A DNA stretch of 64,000 bases from positions 22,010,001 through 22,074,000 of the forward strand of contig OZ024746.1 of NCBI GenBank assembly GCA_964016885.1. The letters are read 5' to 3'. The notes beneath the pieces are model-generated. The model was not told where the DNA came from, made no database searches, and saw only the letters and a list, made by a program, of their open reading frames with translations. The translations under genes and the position numbers were made by a program. Each line of letters opens with the position of its first letter. Position 1 is the stretch's first letter. This document shows positions 1-12,030 of this stretch, one piece after another. This DNA is from Eledone cirrhosa (taxonomy: Eukaryota).

Positions 1-19
1 ACAGAAAAGGAAGATGAAG
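1..19 (+). CDS. candidate exon 3' end (…TEKEDE, phase-1 donor)
   Basis: Purine-rich stretch ending GAAG|gtaagg, a strong donor. The frame is compatible with the candidate exon at 13427. Truncated by the window edge. Confidence 0.2.
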
Positions 20-415
20 GTAAGGACTTCAAAGACTTTAACTTTTTAAGATCACTAGGCTGATATATCAACCGAACACGCTTTTCGCAAGAATCTTTTC
101 CCCATAAGATAAGATAAGAACAGAACTGAAATTTTTTTTTAAATTATGACATTCTTTAAAAGACTGCATTAAACAGTCGAAACTGATAAAAATATTTGTC
201 AAAGCTCAACCAAACGATGAACCAAACAAAAATATTTGTATTGTCTGATAAAAAAAAAGGATAATTTTAAAATACATTCTGTGCATTCCCACCTTTATTT
301 TCTTCCTATAATTTTTGATTTATATGGAATTTTACCCCTAATTTTAACTACCCCCACTTCTCTCTCTATATACAATATATATATAGATACACACACACAT
401 ACATATATATAAATA

Positions 416-700
416 TCATCATCATCATCGCTTAACGTCCATTTTCCATGCTAGATGAGTTGTCTCATTAGAGGCAAGTTCGGTCAGGTGACCATGTCTT
501 GTTCATCCAGGACTGTTTCTGGCTAGATTCCTATGGCTGGATGCCTTTCCTAATACCAACCACATTTACAGAGTGGGCTGGATGCTTTTAGTTGTGACAC
601 CTACACAACCACTTTACAATGTGGGCTGCATGATTTTGTGATACCAACATAACTTTACAGTGTAAGGTAAAGACATTTCTAGGTGCATTTGTGACTGAAG
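416..700 (-). mobile_element. degraded RTE-type 3' tail (SINE or LINE 3' UTR)
   Basis: Reverse complement of the …GGACGTTAA…GATGATGAT tail plus the ggctggatgcc(c)ttcctaa motif shared with the LINE 3' UTR at 60.3 kb. Confidence 0.7.
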
Positions 701-902
701 GGGGTCTTACCCTTTACCTTTATATATATATATATTTCTTTGTTTTTTTTTTAAAATGTTCTACCATTTTCTATGGAAAAGTATGTGTATTTTTTATTTC
801 CAAAGTGTTAAAGATAATAATTTTAAAATAAATAATAATTATAATTTCTTTATTGGCTACCTGGATATTATTTCAATAAAAATGTTTCCAGTATGAATCC
901 TT

Positions 903-1275
903 ATGGAAAGGATATGGAAGTCAGATCTACCCAGAAAATTCAAAATATCATTCTTCAGAACATTTGTTGGGTCAGTGTTGCATGGATCAGGTACATGGAC
1001 CCTGACACAAACACTTGAGTCTGTGTTGTTGTATGAATCAAATACATGGAACCTGACACAATCACTTGAGAAGATACTAGATGGTGTATACACTAAAATG
1101 CTTAGGGTTGTACAGAACATAAACTGGCATCAGCTTATTACAAACAAAAGTTTATACAGAAACTTGCGCAAGATAACAACTACAATTGCTGAAAGAGTTA
1201 TGATTCGCAAGACATTGCTGAAAAAGTAAGCAAGAAGTTACTATTGTGGGAACCAACTCAGGGGCGATGTAGGTT
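903..1275 (+). mobile_element. RTE-type LINE ORF C-terminal remnant
   Basis: Translation IWKSDL…ESVLLYESNTWNLT…LDGVYTKMLRVVQNINW…, then LLWEPT in another frame. This is typical of the region after the RT domain. Same family as 33040-33270. Confidence 0.8.
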
Positions 1276-1722
1276 GAGGTGTACCTATATAAACCTAAGT
1301 TATACTATATTGTCAAATAATTCCAAATATAAAAAAAATGGATATTATTTTTAATAGTAGACTTTATAAGTGTTTACATTTTTTATCAACTTAGATATAC
1401 TCCCAAAACACACTGAAAAAGTCGTCATATCTTTGACACAGCTTTAGAATCCACCCAACTCATTGTTTGATAGGTTTTCTATAGCTAGATGCCCTTCCTA
1501 TTACTGACCACTTTACAGAGTGTACTTGGTGTACTGAATCATGTACATCACCAGCATGTAACAGTAAAAATATGTAAAACTGTTCTCACATTGAACATGC
1601 AACTCTTCACTGTTGTTATCTCAATTTCAGCAATGGGGCTTTGTTGCTTTCTTAGAAACAATCTCATTCTTTATTGGAAGAATTCAAATAAAGAAAAAAA
1701 TCAAGATAACATGCACGCATAC

Positions 1723-1902
1723 ATACACTCCCTATCTCTCTTTCTCAGACACACACACACACACTCCCTATCTCTGTCTATCTCTCTTTCTCAGACACAC
1801 ACTCCCTATCTCTCTTTCTATCTCTCTCTCTCACACACACACACACTCCCTATCTCTGTCTATCTCTCTTTCTCAGACACACACTCCCTATCTCTCTTTC
1901 TA

Positions 1903-1934
<32 letters not shown>

Positions 1935-2068
1935 TCCCTATCTCGGTCTATCTCTCTTTCTCTCACACACACACACACACACACTCCCTAACTCTGTCTC
2001 TATCTCTATCTCTCAGCGACACACACACTCTCTATCTATCTATCTTTCTCTCTCACTTATACACACAC
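1723..2068. repeat. compound CT/CA minisatellite
   Basis: Repeated units like cactccctatctctgtctatctctctttctcagaca(ca)n. Confidence 0.9.
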
Positions 2069-2347
2069 AAAGGAGCCTCACCATATAAGGGACAATGAAA
2101 AATCTGCAAGACTTTCTAAAGATTATAAGAGTGAAAGGTTGCGGAAATGATAACAACACATTTTTTTTCTTTATTTTCAATATTTTCTTTACCAATGAGC
2201 AGGTGGCCAGTGAAAATCTTTAAAATTTAAATCAGGGGGAAAAGAAATATTCTAAAACTCACAGATTATCTCATGGTTAAAAGAAACTTTCCACTCTATT
2301 TAATATTATTTTTTGTGGTGGTGGTGGTAGTATTGAGTGGAAGGGGT

Positions 2348-2557
2348 AATAATTGTTCCTACATTTGGCACAAGGCCAGCAATTTGGGGAGGGGAAAATT
2401 GACCCCAGTGTATTGCTGGTGCTTTATTTTATCGCCCCCGTAAGGATGAAAGGCCAAGCTAACCTTGGCGGGATTTGAACTCCCAAAGTAAAGGGCCGTA
2501 ACTCTATGCCGCAAAGCATATTGGCTGATGTCCAACCGATACTGCCAATCCACCACC
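2348..2557 (-). mobile_element. SINE family A copy
   Basis: Reverse complement of the family A consensus: A box TGGCAGTATCGG, B box GAGTTCAAATCC, core gcctttcatccttacgggg, tail AATTATT. Confidence 0.85.
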
Positions 2558-2662
2558 TGGAAGGGGTAATAAGGGAACCTATTTACCATTCATATGAATG
2601 CCTTTACTTCTGTAAATCAATACTGAATCTCATATCTTTGATAATGATATTTTAAATAAAAA

Positions 2663-3116
2663 AACCTTTTGATACCAAATCACCTGAAACTGGCCCAGGT
2701 TCTATGATACAAATCTCATCATCATCATCCTTTTCATGTCCATTTTTCCACACTCACATGGGCTGGTCAGGTCCTTCTCAGCACAGCATCTCTCCAAGCA
2801 TTGTGTAACTTCATCATCTCGTCTGTGGGTATCAGCGATTTGGGATCAGCTCTTACTACCTCCTCCAAGATCTTCCTTGGTCTACCTCTACTGTGGCTTC
2901 CTACCAACTGTCTATTTTACAGTATTTGTATTTATATAAAAAACCTTCATGTTAATTTTATGTAACAAGTTTTAAGTTATATTCTAGATACCAAACTTAA
3001 TAATGAGCAAGTTAGTTATTTGACTAAATTCCTCCAAATCATTCATTAGTTTCCAAATATTCATTGAAAAGCATAGTCAGCATCTTTCATTAGAAATATT
3101 GTACTGAATGGGTTAA
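2663..3116. mobile_element. piggyBac-like MITE with a nested RTE fragment (~2716-2910)
   Basis: Starts …aaccttttgatacc and ends gggttaa, like the 10527 and 18790 copies. Confidence 0.5.
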
Positions 3117-4469
3117 TATACCAAGTCATCGGAGCATCAGTAATATGCTTTGCAGTATTTTTCTGGTTCTCTATACTAAGTTTAAATCCTACTGAGGTCA
3201 ACTTTGCCTTTCATCCTTCCCAGGGTGGAAAAAATCAAACAACAGTCCAGGGGTTAGTGGAATTTTTAGAGAACCAGATGAGATGCTTTGTGGTATTTAG
3301 TCTCTCTTTTTGTATTCTGATGGCAACAACTGCAACGATATGCTGCATCAGCCCTTGCCTTTCCTTTGGATAACATCAGTGGTGTGGTGAGAAGAGACTT
3401 GTTTACATAACTGCTTGTTTTACATTTAGAGCAGCAAACAGTTTGCCCAGCTCAACACCTTGAAGTGGAGCTTTCCAGATGTAGTTCTATGATCTCATGA
3501 GACTTATGGAAGTCCTGAATGAAGAGATATTTTAATGAAGAAATAGTTTAATGCCAAATCTGGAATATTGTACACAGAACAAACATATGCTTCATATTTT
3601 TGTAGGTAAGGGTACTTATTGTTAAAATTTAGATAACCAAACAAACTGATTGTTAATATATTACCAGCATTTTAAAAAAAATTCTATTTGCTCACTACTG
3701 CCTGTGCGTGCATGTGTGTGTGTCATTAACACCTATATTTTTCCCGAAAATAAATCTTACATCTTGCTCACATGTATTGAGTGCTCATTCAGTTAATGTT
3801 TGAATGTTTTATGTACATTGTGTAAATTTTCAAAGTCTGCCAGTAATAGATTTGTTTCTTTTACAGGTAAAAACAAAAATCTGATAACAATTCCTCAAAA
3901 GTTAATACAACTATTATTTAGTGGAGATAGGCATCAGGCATTCATTACTATTGTGGCTAAATCCTTTCACTTACATGTGAAATGATCTCTTTTGAAATTA
4001 TCTATCATCACAGCCCTTAATGTACAGGTAATAGAAAGATTGTCATGCAGCAGACATATCTGGAAATCAAGATTGATATTCATAACATTACCATAGAGTA
4101 TTGTGGTCCTGAATAGTGTAATATTTCAAGGGAGACACACTTTGTTATATTAAGATATTACTTATGACCCTCTCTGTTTCTTGTAGTATGTACACAGTGT
4201 TAGTGAACAGTAGATAATAGTATTCATTGTTACTGATATATTTAACCCTTTTGATACCCAAACCACTCCAAGCCCAATTCTACAAAACAAAACTGCTTAT
4301 TTTAAAGTGTTTAAATTTATATATATAAGGTGGCTAATTGGCAAAATTGTTAGTGGGTCAGGTAGAGTGCTTTGCAGTATTTGTTCCAGCTCTCTCAGAT
4401 CAAGTCCCATTCGAGGCCGATAAAAAAAAGTAGCAGTCAAAAACCAATGACACATTGAAATAGGATTGC

Positions 4470-4812
4470 TTTGATAGGAGGAATGGTTTGAAATGAACAT
4501 CCATTGGTTTTAACAATGTATCTGCCAGTTGTTCAATCAACCTGCTCATAAAATCAACGTGTAAGTTGCTGAGCATTTCACAGACATTTGTGCCTTTAAC
4601 ATCATTCTCAGGGAGATTCATCAATATGACATACTGTGTAACAAGGATGCCCCTTTTGAATTACAGGCACAGTCAATCTGACGGGTTTCCAAACAGTTTC
4701 TGTTTACCCAATTTCATTCACAAGGCATGGGTCAGCCTGAGGCCCAAGATTCCACACAGAGGGATTGAGCCTGGGATAATGCCTGAAGCAAACTTCTTCA
4801 CCATTCAGCCAT
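4470..4812 (-). mobile_element. SINE (family also at ~13020-13320, ~16160-16570, ~55330-55490)
   Basis: Shared motifs gctgagcatt(c/t)cacagacat, agggagattca and gaattacagg across copies. Confidence 0.6.
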
Positions 4813-5204
4813 GCTATGTCAACACAATTATAGGTCTACTTGATGAAAATTATCAGTAGACAAAAGATAGAGAGAGTCTGTTTATTGTCACAGCCATCTT
4901 GTTCTCTCTGTCAGTAAACAGAAGATGAATGGTTTCATCTGGTTTTCTTAAATTCCTTACCATTTCTTCAATTTCTTCTTTCATCCTCTCTCTTTCTAGG
5001 TTTATATGATTCTTACTACACCCCCCTTCCCCCCCCCACACACACATTTCAGCTGTTCTTTCAACTCAACTTCTTCCCTCCCTGCTTTATCTCCTCCGTT
5101 TCATCTCTCCTTTCCTGTTACATCTCTCCTTTTCTCCCTCTCTATCTCTACTGTTGTATCTTTCTAACTTTTCCTCTCACATTCTTCTCTGTTCTTACAT
5201 CTTT

Positions 5205-5235
<31 letters not shown>

Positions 5236-6629
5236 ATACCCCCCTCCCATACATATGATATATGTAAAGTGGTTGGCATTAGGAAGGGCATCCAGATGTA
5301 GAAACCATGACAAACAGAGGGTTGAGAAGAGCCTTCAATTGTGTCAAGGAATTGACAACCTCCCCGCTGGTTCTATGATAAAACACACCTAGTACACTCT
5401 GTAAAGTGCTGATAAGTATGTAAGCAAGATGTGGGCCCTCAGCCCATTTTGAGAGGTCAGTAGCTCTGAGAAATCACAGACTTAGTCTGTGAGAATCCGT
5501 CCAATGTATGTCAGCATAGATAGAGAGGTAGACATTAAATGATGATGATGATGATATATATATATATAAATATAATATGCATATATAGTTCAACCCTTGC
5601 TAGTAGAGAAAACAGACAGTAAATGATGATGATGAGGATATATGACGAGTTTCTGCATAGTTTCTGCCTACAAAATTCCAGTTACAATGTATTGGTCAAT
5701 GTGAGGCTATAGTAGAAGACACTTGCCAAAGATACTGCACAGTAGGACTGAACCCAAAACCATGTGCTTGTGAATTGAACTCCTTAACCACATAGTCATG
5801 CTTGTTTCTATATTTATACCCTTCCACTCACCAACAACTTCTTGACTTCATTAGACTTTCACACTTCTTTACAATTCTTCCTCTGTTTCTCTTTTGCCTT
5901 CACTCCTACTCCCCACTTCTCACAGTTGCCTTCACTCCTACTCCCCGCTTCTCACAGTTGCCTTCAAAATCTCCTTCCAATCACCCTCCCTCTCTCTCCC
6001 TTCCATTTTTTTACATATCCTCACCTCAGACGCTTCTTTCTCTCAACACACACACACACACATATATATGCTCACATAGGTATGCTTTCTCTTTACCAAC
6101 CACTTCCTCTCTTTCTCTCACTCTTTCGCATACACTCTCTCTATTTTGCACACACTCTGACTCACACCCTGTTTCTCGCTCTCTCTCTCATAGATAACAC
6201 CCTTTCTGTCTCTCACACTTCCCTCTCTGTCAAACACACACACTGTCTCTCTCACACACACACTCTGCTACACACACACACACATACCCTCTCGCTCTCA
6301 CTCTCTTCTCTCTCCTACAACATATGTTCTTTCCTTCAATTTTTTTGCTGAATCAAAACAGTTGTTTTCTCATTCTTTCACTGTCATCCACCATTTCCAC
6401 TGCTCCCACTACTGTCATCAACATCACCTCACCACCACCACTGTCATCAACATCACCTCACCACCACTACTGTCATCCACATCACCATCATCATCAACAC
6501 CACCCCCACACTGTCATCAACATCACCTCACCACCACCACCACTGTCATCCACATCACACATCTGTAAACATGGAAAAAAGAACAACTTTGACAACACAA
6601 AAAACAAAACAGCCATTACCACTACTCTT

Positions 6630-6830
6630 ATTCTTTGCCTGTTTGTCCCTGGTATGGTCATGGGGGAAGAGTCCTCAAATTCCTTCCAGTAGGTCCTGTC
6701 AGAAGCAACCATCTCCAATTGATCTGATTGGATCTCCAAGAGAGACCATCCAAGCGCATGTATGTTATCCAACCATCTTGCTTAGGGTCTACCACTGGTC
6801 TGCTGCCGGTAGGTTTTGCCTATAAAATCT
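6630..6830 (-). mobile_element. RTE-type LINE 3' remnant
   Basis: Translation …RPVVDP…WLDNI…LEMVASDRTYWK. Homologous + strand copy at 31360-31600. Confidence 0.65.
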
Positions 6831-6899
6831 GTTCAGTGATTCATTCCTAAGACATTCTAACCACAGCCACTCTAACAATTAAAATAACTACAATGGTAA

Positions 6900-7160
6900 T
6901 ATTTTTCATAGCATCCTCCCATCCCGCCTTTTGATTATGGCTGACTGAGGGTTTGCACCTAGAAAGTTCCTGTCTGAGGCACAAGCCTAAGCAAGGTATT
7001 TTTTGTGGAAGATCAGCAGTCACCCAAGCATGCAAGCATCCCCTCTCCACACCACCAATGTTGTCCAAGGGAAAGGCAAAGGCTGATACCACTTGGCACC
7101 AGTTATGTTGCAACCCATTTATATCAGTTGAGTGAACTAGAGTAATGTGAAATAAGATGT
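6900..7160 (-). mobile_element. SINE-like repeat (opposite-strand relative at ~3325-3500)
   Basis: Shared motif gcc(c/t)ttgcctttcc(c/t)ttgga(c/t)aacat. Contains a degenerate version of the tgtgaaataa…gtctt segment seen in the other SINEs. Confidence 0.55.
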
Positions 7161-7444
7161 CTTCCTTGCTAGCTTGTCCAACCCATGTAAGCATGGGAAA
7201 TAGACATTAAACAGTGAAGATATATGCACACACACACATGCATGCATGCATGCGTACACCCAGTTCACTCTGTAAAGTAGTTGGCATTAGGAAGAGCATC
7301 CAGCTGTAGAAGCAGTGCCAAAATAGAATGTATGGGTGAGCAAAACATGGTCTTCTGACCAGTCTAGTCCCTAACTATGACAGTTGGTCCAGTTCCTGCC
7401 AGTATGGAAAACCGCTGTAAACCAATATTGTTTTATATATATAT

Positions 7445-7643
7445 ATATGAAAAGAGTCAGGCCCCCGTCGGCTAAGCTCCAGCCGTTTCAACAGCTAGAT
7501 CTGAATTCGGATCTAGCTTTCGAAACGGCTGGAGCTCAGCCATCGAGGTCCTGAATCTTTTCATATTACTCACTCTACTACCCTAAATATCAAGTACTCT
7601 GGTGGGTTATGGTCCACCTGGTATTTTACCACAACCTATCTGA
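7445..7643 (+). mobile_element. PLE-like terminus: 122-bp palindrome (7445-7566) plus ~75-bp tail
   Basis: Arms centred on GAATTC (7503-7508). The tail tattactcactctactaccctaaatatcaagtactctggtg is homologous to the 57691 copy. Contains a hammerhead 3'-half motif. Confidence 0.7.
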
Positions 7644-7657
7644 TATATATATATAAA

Positions 7658-7867
7658 GGATCGATTGACTTTCGTCAAATCGGACCGAGGAAACAATGTT
7701 GTTGTTGGTCTTTCCAGTTGCTAGTACTATCTATCGGTCGCAACTCTAGGTAGAAGGAGCAACGTGAAATAAAGTGTCTTGCTTAAGGACATAACGCATC
7801 GCCCGGTCCAGGAATTGAACTCACAACCTCAAGATTGTGAATTCAATTCTCTAACCTCTGCCTTCAC
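7658..7867 (-). mobile_element. SINE family C copy
   Basis: tRNA-like head (B box GAGTTCAATTCC on the minus strand) and the body motif ggaaacaatgtt shared with the 16750, 56214 and 63640 copies. Confidence 0.8.
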
Positions 7868-7887
7868 TTATATATATATATATATAT

Positions 7888-8265
7888 ATATTGTTATACT
7901 TTGGGAGGGTCATGTTGCCAATAAGAAACACATGCACCAGTTGCTTTCACTTCAATTTATTATAATAAATTTATAAATTTAGGAATTTATAAATTTCCGG
8001 TTGGTTGGTTGGTTCCACAACCAGATGGTTGTTTATATATTGTCAATATTGACAATATATAAACAACCATCTGGTTGTGGAACCAACCAACCAACCGGAA
8101 ATTTATAAATTCCTAAATTTATAAATTTATTATAATAAATTGAAGTGAAAGCAACTGGTGCGTGTGTTTGTTATTGGCAACATGACCCTCCCAAAGTATA
8201 ACAATATCGGTTTCAACAGACGTTTTCAGATAAAGAATCTTGCTAAACAAATTCAGAAACCAAAT
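7888..8265. repeat. 320-bp near-perfect spacerless palindrome (7888-8207) plus a one-sided extension
   Basis: Centre between 8047 and 8048 (tgtcaat|attgaca). I see only 2 mismatches between the arms. Lies between (TA)n tracts. Confidence 0.95.
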
Positions 8266-9077
8266 ATATATATATATATATATATATGTGTTAAAACTAC
8301 CTCTCTTATTTTGTGTAGCAATCTGACACACACTCTCTCTCTCTCTCCATTTCACTATTAATCTATACTTTCAGTCCTTATCTCTATCTCTCTTTCGGTT
8401 CTTATCTCTCCCCCCTCTGTCTCTTACTTTCAGTCTTTATCTTCTGCCTATCTCTCACTCACAATTCTCTCTTCATATCTGTATGTCTCCTTGACATTCA
8501 ACCCTAATCTACTCCAACGTCTCTCTCCCTCTCTTCTCTCCTTTCTCTCTCACCCTCTCTTACCTCAATTCTAGACATCTAATTTCCATTCATAATGCTA
8601 TCTTCTCTCTCTCTCTTGCCTTTCATGTCTTTCTCTCCTTCCCTCACTCCCTCTCTCTCTTCCCCTCTCCATACTTCCAATCAAATCATCCTCCCTCATA
8701 AAGCTACCCTCTCTCTTTCCCCCTCACCTCTAGTTAACACATCCTCCCTTATAAAGCTGTTCTCTCCCCCTGGCTCTCCTTTTCTATCTTTCTCTCCCTC
8801 CCACCTCACCTCCAGCCAACTCATCCTCTCTCACAAAGTAATTCTCTCCCTCGCTTTCTCCCTGTCTACCCCTCCCCCCGACTCTCTCTCACTCCCTCCC
8901 ACCTCCTCTCCAGTCAACTCATTCTTCCTCATAAAGCTATCTCCATTAGACATCTTTATTCAACTATCTGTGAATCTGTGGAGCCACACTGAAGACACTT
9001 CTCTTATTATTAAACAGTGAGCTTCTTATACAGTGTGAGACTTCTTACAGGCATTGGCAGATAGTGGTAGTGTGGGG

Positions 9078-9470
9078 GGATTACACCAACACCTACACCA
9101 CTGATTGGCCTGTTGGTCAATTGACATGCTAGAAATAGCTGCCAAATATCCTTCAAATGGCTAGATTGCACTGACACCCACACCACTGACTAACCTGTTA
9201 GTTAACAAACTGCAAGAAAAGCAGCCAAATGTCCCTCAAAGAGCTAGATTACACCAACTTCCACACCACTGGACTGTTGGTTAACTGACCTGCAAGAAAT
9301 AGCAACCAAATATCCCTCAAAGGGCTAGATTAGACAACCACCCATCCCCTACCCTGGACTGTTGGTCAATTACCTGTTAGATATAACTGCCAAATATCCC
9401 TCAAAGTGCTAGATTAAACAACCACCCACACCAGTGGAGTGTTGTTGAAGCGACCTGCTAGAAACAGCAT
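9078..9470. repeat. diverged ~83-bp tandem repeat, ~5 units
   Basis: Each unit reads gatta…caccact…ctgttggt…acctgc(t/a)agaaatagcagccaaatatccctcaaa.gcta. Confidence 0.85.
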
Positions 9471-9494
9471 ATCGGTATCAAAAGGGTTAGCAGG

Positions 9495-9735
9495 AATGGT
9501 ATGGTATGGTCCCATATCTCCTGAGAGTGTCATAGGGCCGTCATATTGACATACAGCGTTTCTTGGTCATTTTAAAACCTGGTGGAGTCCATCTTCTGTC
9601 CAGGACTGAACAGAGCAGATTTCTTCCAGAGAAGGATAGAAAGTGGCAGAAAGGAAGTGAGAAAGAGATATAGAGGAAGAATCAACCCCAGTATTAGACT
9701 GGTACTTTTTGTATTGACTGTGAATGGATGAAAGG
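9495..9735 (-). mobile_element. SINE family D with (ACCAT)n tail (also ~32250-32445, ~35230-35580, ~43955-44290)
   Basis: Shared tggtatggtatggtccc, cagatttcttccaga and gagga(a/g)gaatc.accc.agta motifs. Confidence 0.7.
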
Positions 9736-9739
9736 TTGT

Positions 9740-9910
9740 AATAATTGTTTCTACTTTTGGCACAAGACCAGCAATTACATAGTACATTACTGGTACTTTA
9801 TTTTATCAACGCCCGTAAGGATGAAAGGCAAAGTTAACCCCGGCGGGATTTGAACTCAGATCGTAAAGGGATGTAACTATGCTGGAAAGCATGTCCGACT
9901 CTCAGCTTCA
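9740..9910 (-). mobile_element. SINE family A copy
   Basis: Matches the family A consensus. Confidence 0.85.
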
Positions 9911-10526
9911 CTGTTATATACAAAAGATGGCTAATATGAAGAAAACTTTGCTATGAAAAAGTATTTCCTTCATTACACAAACAGTCATTATATCTGTCAC
10001 TACTTTATTTATATAACAAACTGTTTGATACTTTCGAAAAACAAGTTAGCTTTGTCTGACATTGTTGTGGTTGTTGCTGTTGTTTAAAGTCACTCTCCTT
10101 CATTCAGTTCTGAAGAAGTAGAGTTATGATGAAAAGCATCCCTGATGTGACCATCCCACCATATTTAGAAGTGTTCCTATATTTAAGGAGGACAAGCTGA
10201 TTCAAGGAAGATTAGCTGTTGTTTTAGCAGGTTAAGCAACAAGATTTCCTCATTAGCTCTTCTGTTTCATGATTGCTACTGCTGTTGTTTAACCCCAGGT
10301 CCACCATGATCTATCTAGCAATCTATGATCTAATACATTCCTGCCTTGACCATCCCATTTTTGGAAGGATATCTAGAACCATTATCCCACCGAGGTTAAC
10401 TTTGCCTTTCATCCTTAAGGGGGTCAATAAAATAAAGTACCAGTAATGCACTGGGTAATTGCTGGCCTTGTGCCAAAAGTAGAAACAATTATTAATTAAT
10501 ATTACCTTGTCACATTTACGTTATAT

Positions 10527-10772
10527 TTAACCCTCTTGTTACTGAATTTCTAATGACATACCTTATATTTCAATTAATTAATGAAGAATTTGCAGGGATT
10601 TGCTAAAATTAATTATTTCATTATTAAAATAGTATTTGTAACATAACTTAACAAAAAGTTTTTATATAAAATTATGTTGGAAGATTTTAATTAAACAAAA
10701 ATCCTTTAAAATGGGTGTTTTGTTTCATAGAACTAGAGTCAGTTTTGGCCGGGTTGGTATCAAAAGGTTTAA
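10527..10772. mobile_element. piggyBac-like MITE
   Basis: TTAA-CCCTCTTGTTAC … GTATCAAAAGGT-TTAA termini with TTAA flanks. Confidence 0.6.
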
Positions 10773-11109
10773 AGTAAAATTTGAGGGAGATTTGGTTGCT
10801 ATTTCTCTCAGGTCAAACCACTACATTTGCCTGTTTCCTTATGTAATGTTACAAACAAGGATATATTTATTTTAAAAATACCAACAGCAACAACTTGTTT
10901 CCTAAGAATGTTTATTTCTTAACAAAGTTTTTGTTTCATGAAGTAAAGGAAGTGATGTCATTTCCTCTTATGGTGGACCAACCATACAACCACACAGATC
11001 TATTCTATTTCTTTCCTGCATCTTTATATTCTTCTATGTACATGAAGAGAATACCAGTAATTAGTAAGTTAGTTTGTGGGATGTGGTTGGAGGTATGATC
11101 CAACAGAGA

Positions 11110-11352
11110 GGAGCAGTAGTAGTGGTAGTAATAGTAGCAGCAGCAGGAACAGCAGCAGTGGTGATAATAATAGCAGTAGTAGTAGTAGTAGTAGCAGCAG
11201 CAGCAGCAGCAGCAGTAGTGGTGGTAGTAATAGTAGCAGCAGCAGCAGTAGTGGTGGTAGTAATAGTAGCAGCAGCAGCAGTGGTGATAGTAATAGCAGT
11301 AGTAGTGATAGTAGTAGTAGTAGCAGCAGCAGCAGTAATTGGCAGTAGTAGT

Positions 11353-11396
<44 letters not shown>
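11110..11396. repeat. (AGT/AGC)n trinucleotide repeat
   Basis: Seen directly in the sequence. Confidence 0.95.
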
Positions 11397-11397
<1 letters not shown>

Positions 11398-11479
11398 TGG
11401 CTGGTCTATGTTTCAATTCCTGTCAACAGCACAGTGATTCTGTAGAGTGCAGCAGGGAACATATGTAAGGAAGATAGAT

Positions 11480-11700
11480 GTCTTAACCCCTCTACCTTAA
11501 TGCTTCATAAAGAGGCTCTGACATGGTGAGCCTCAGTGTTTGAGATAGACTTTTTAAGTATGTGCTCTACTAGGTTGACTTTCTCTATTCAGTTCAGTGT
11601 TTCTTAAGGTAGGGCATAGGACTTCAGAATGGGGCATATATACTATGCTATGATATATTCAAACTTTATCTGATCATATTGAGGTGCATGTATTTTAAGA
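11480..11700 (-). mobile_element. possible CR1/L2-type LINE remnant
   Basis: The minus strand gives degenerate …SP…PYLKKH…IEKV… across frameshifts, resembling an RT C-terminus. Confidence 0.3.
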
Positions 11701-11789
11701 AAACTCTGTAGGAAAGCAACTGTTGAGTCCATGGACACTAACAAAAACACCCACAAAAAAATTAATGGTGCGTTTACATTCTAGAGAAC

Positions 11790-12030
11790 ACACGGCCCAC
11801 ACCTTTGCCTCTCTAACATCATAAGGTATAGGAGGCTCACATTAGCCAGACATGTGAAACTTCACAATGAACCTGTTAGCAGAGATCTTTTCTGGAAATC
11901 AGATATGTGCAGACAATTTGGGAGACCAACCACCACACAGAAAGATGCTCTTGAAGATGACGCTGGGTTGGAAGCAAAGGAAATTCAGACAGCAATGTTG
12001 GACAGGGTGAGCTGGAGAAGATGGAGAAGA
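11790..12030 (+). mobile_element. RTE-type LINE ORF C-terminal remnant
   Basis: Translation IIRYRRLTLARHV…LFWK…GRPTTTQKDALEDDAGL…AMLDRVSWR. Confidence 0.8.

Noticed and set aside
3868-4028. coding exon with a good acceptor and donor
   Set aside because: Stop codons in all three frames. It could only be a UTR or non-coding exon, and there is no further support.
11061-11445. poly-Ser/Ala/Thr/Leu ORFs
   Set aside because: Trinucleotide repeat open in several frames, with no splice or homology support.
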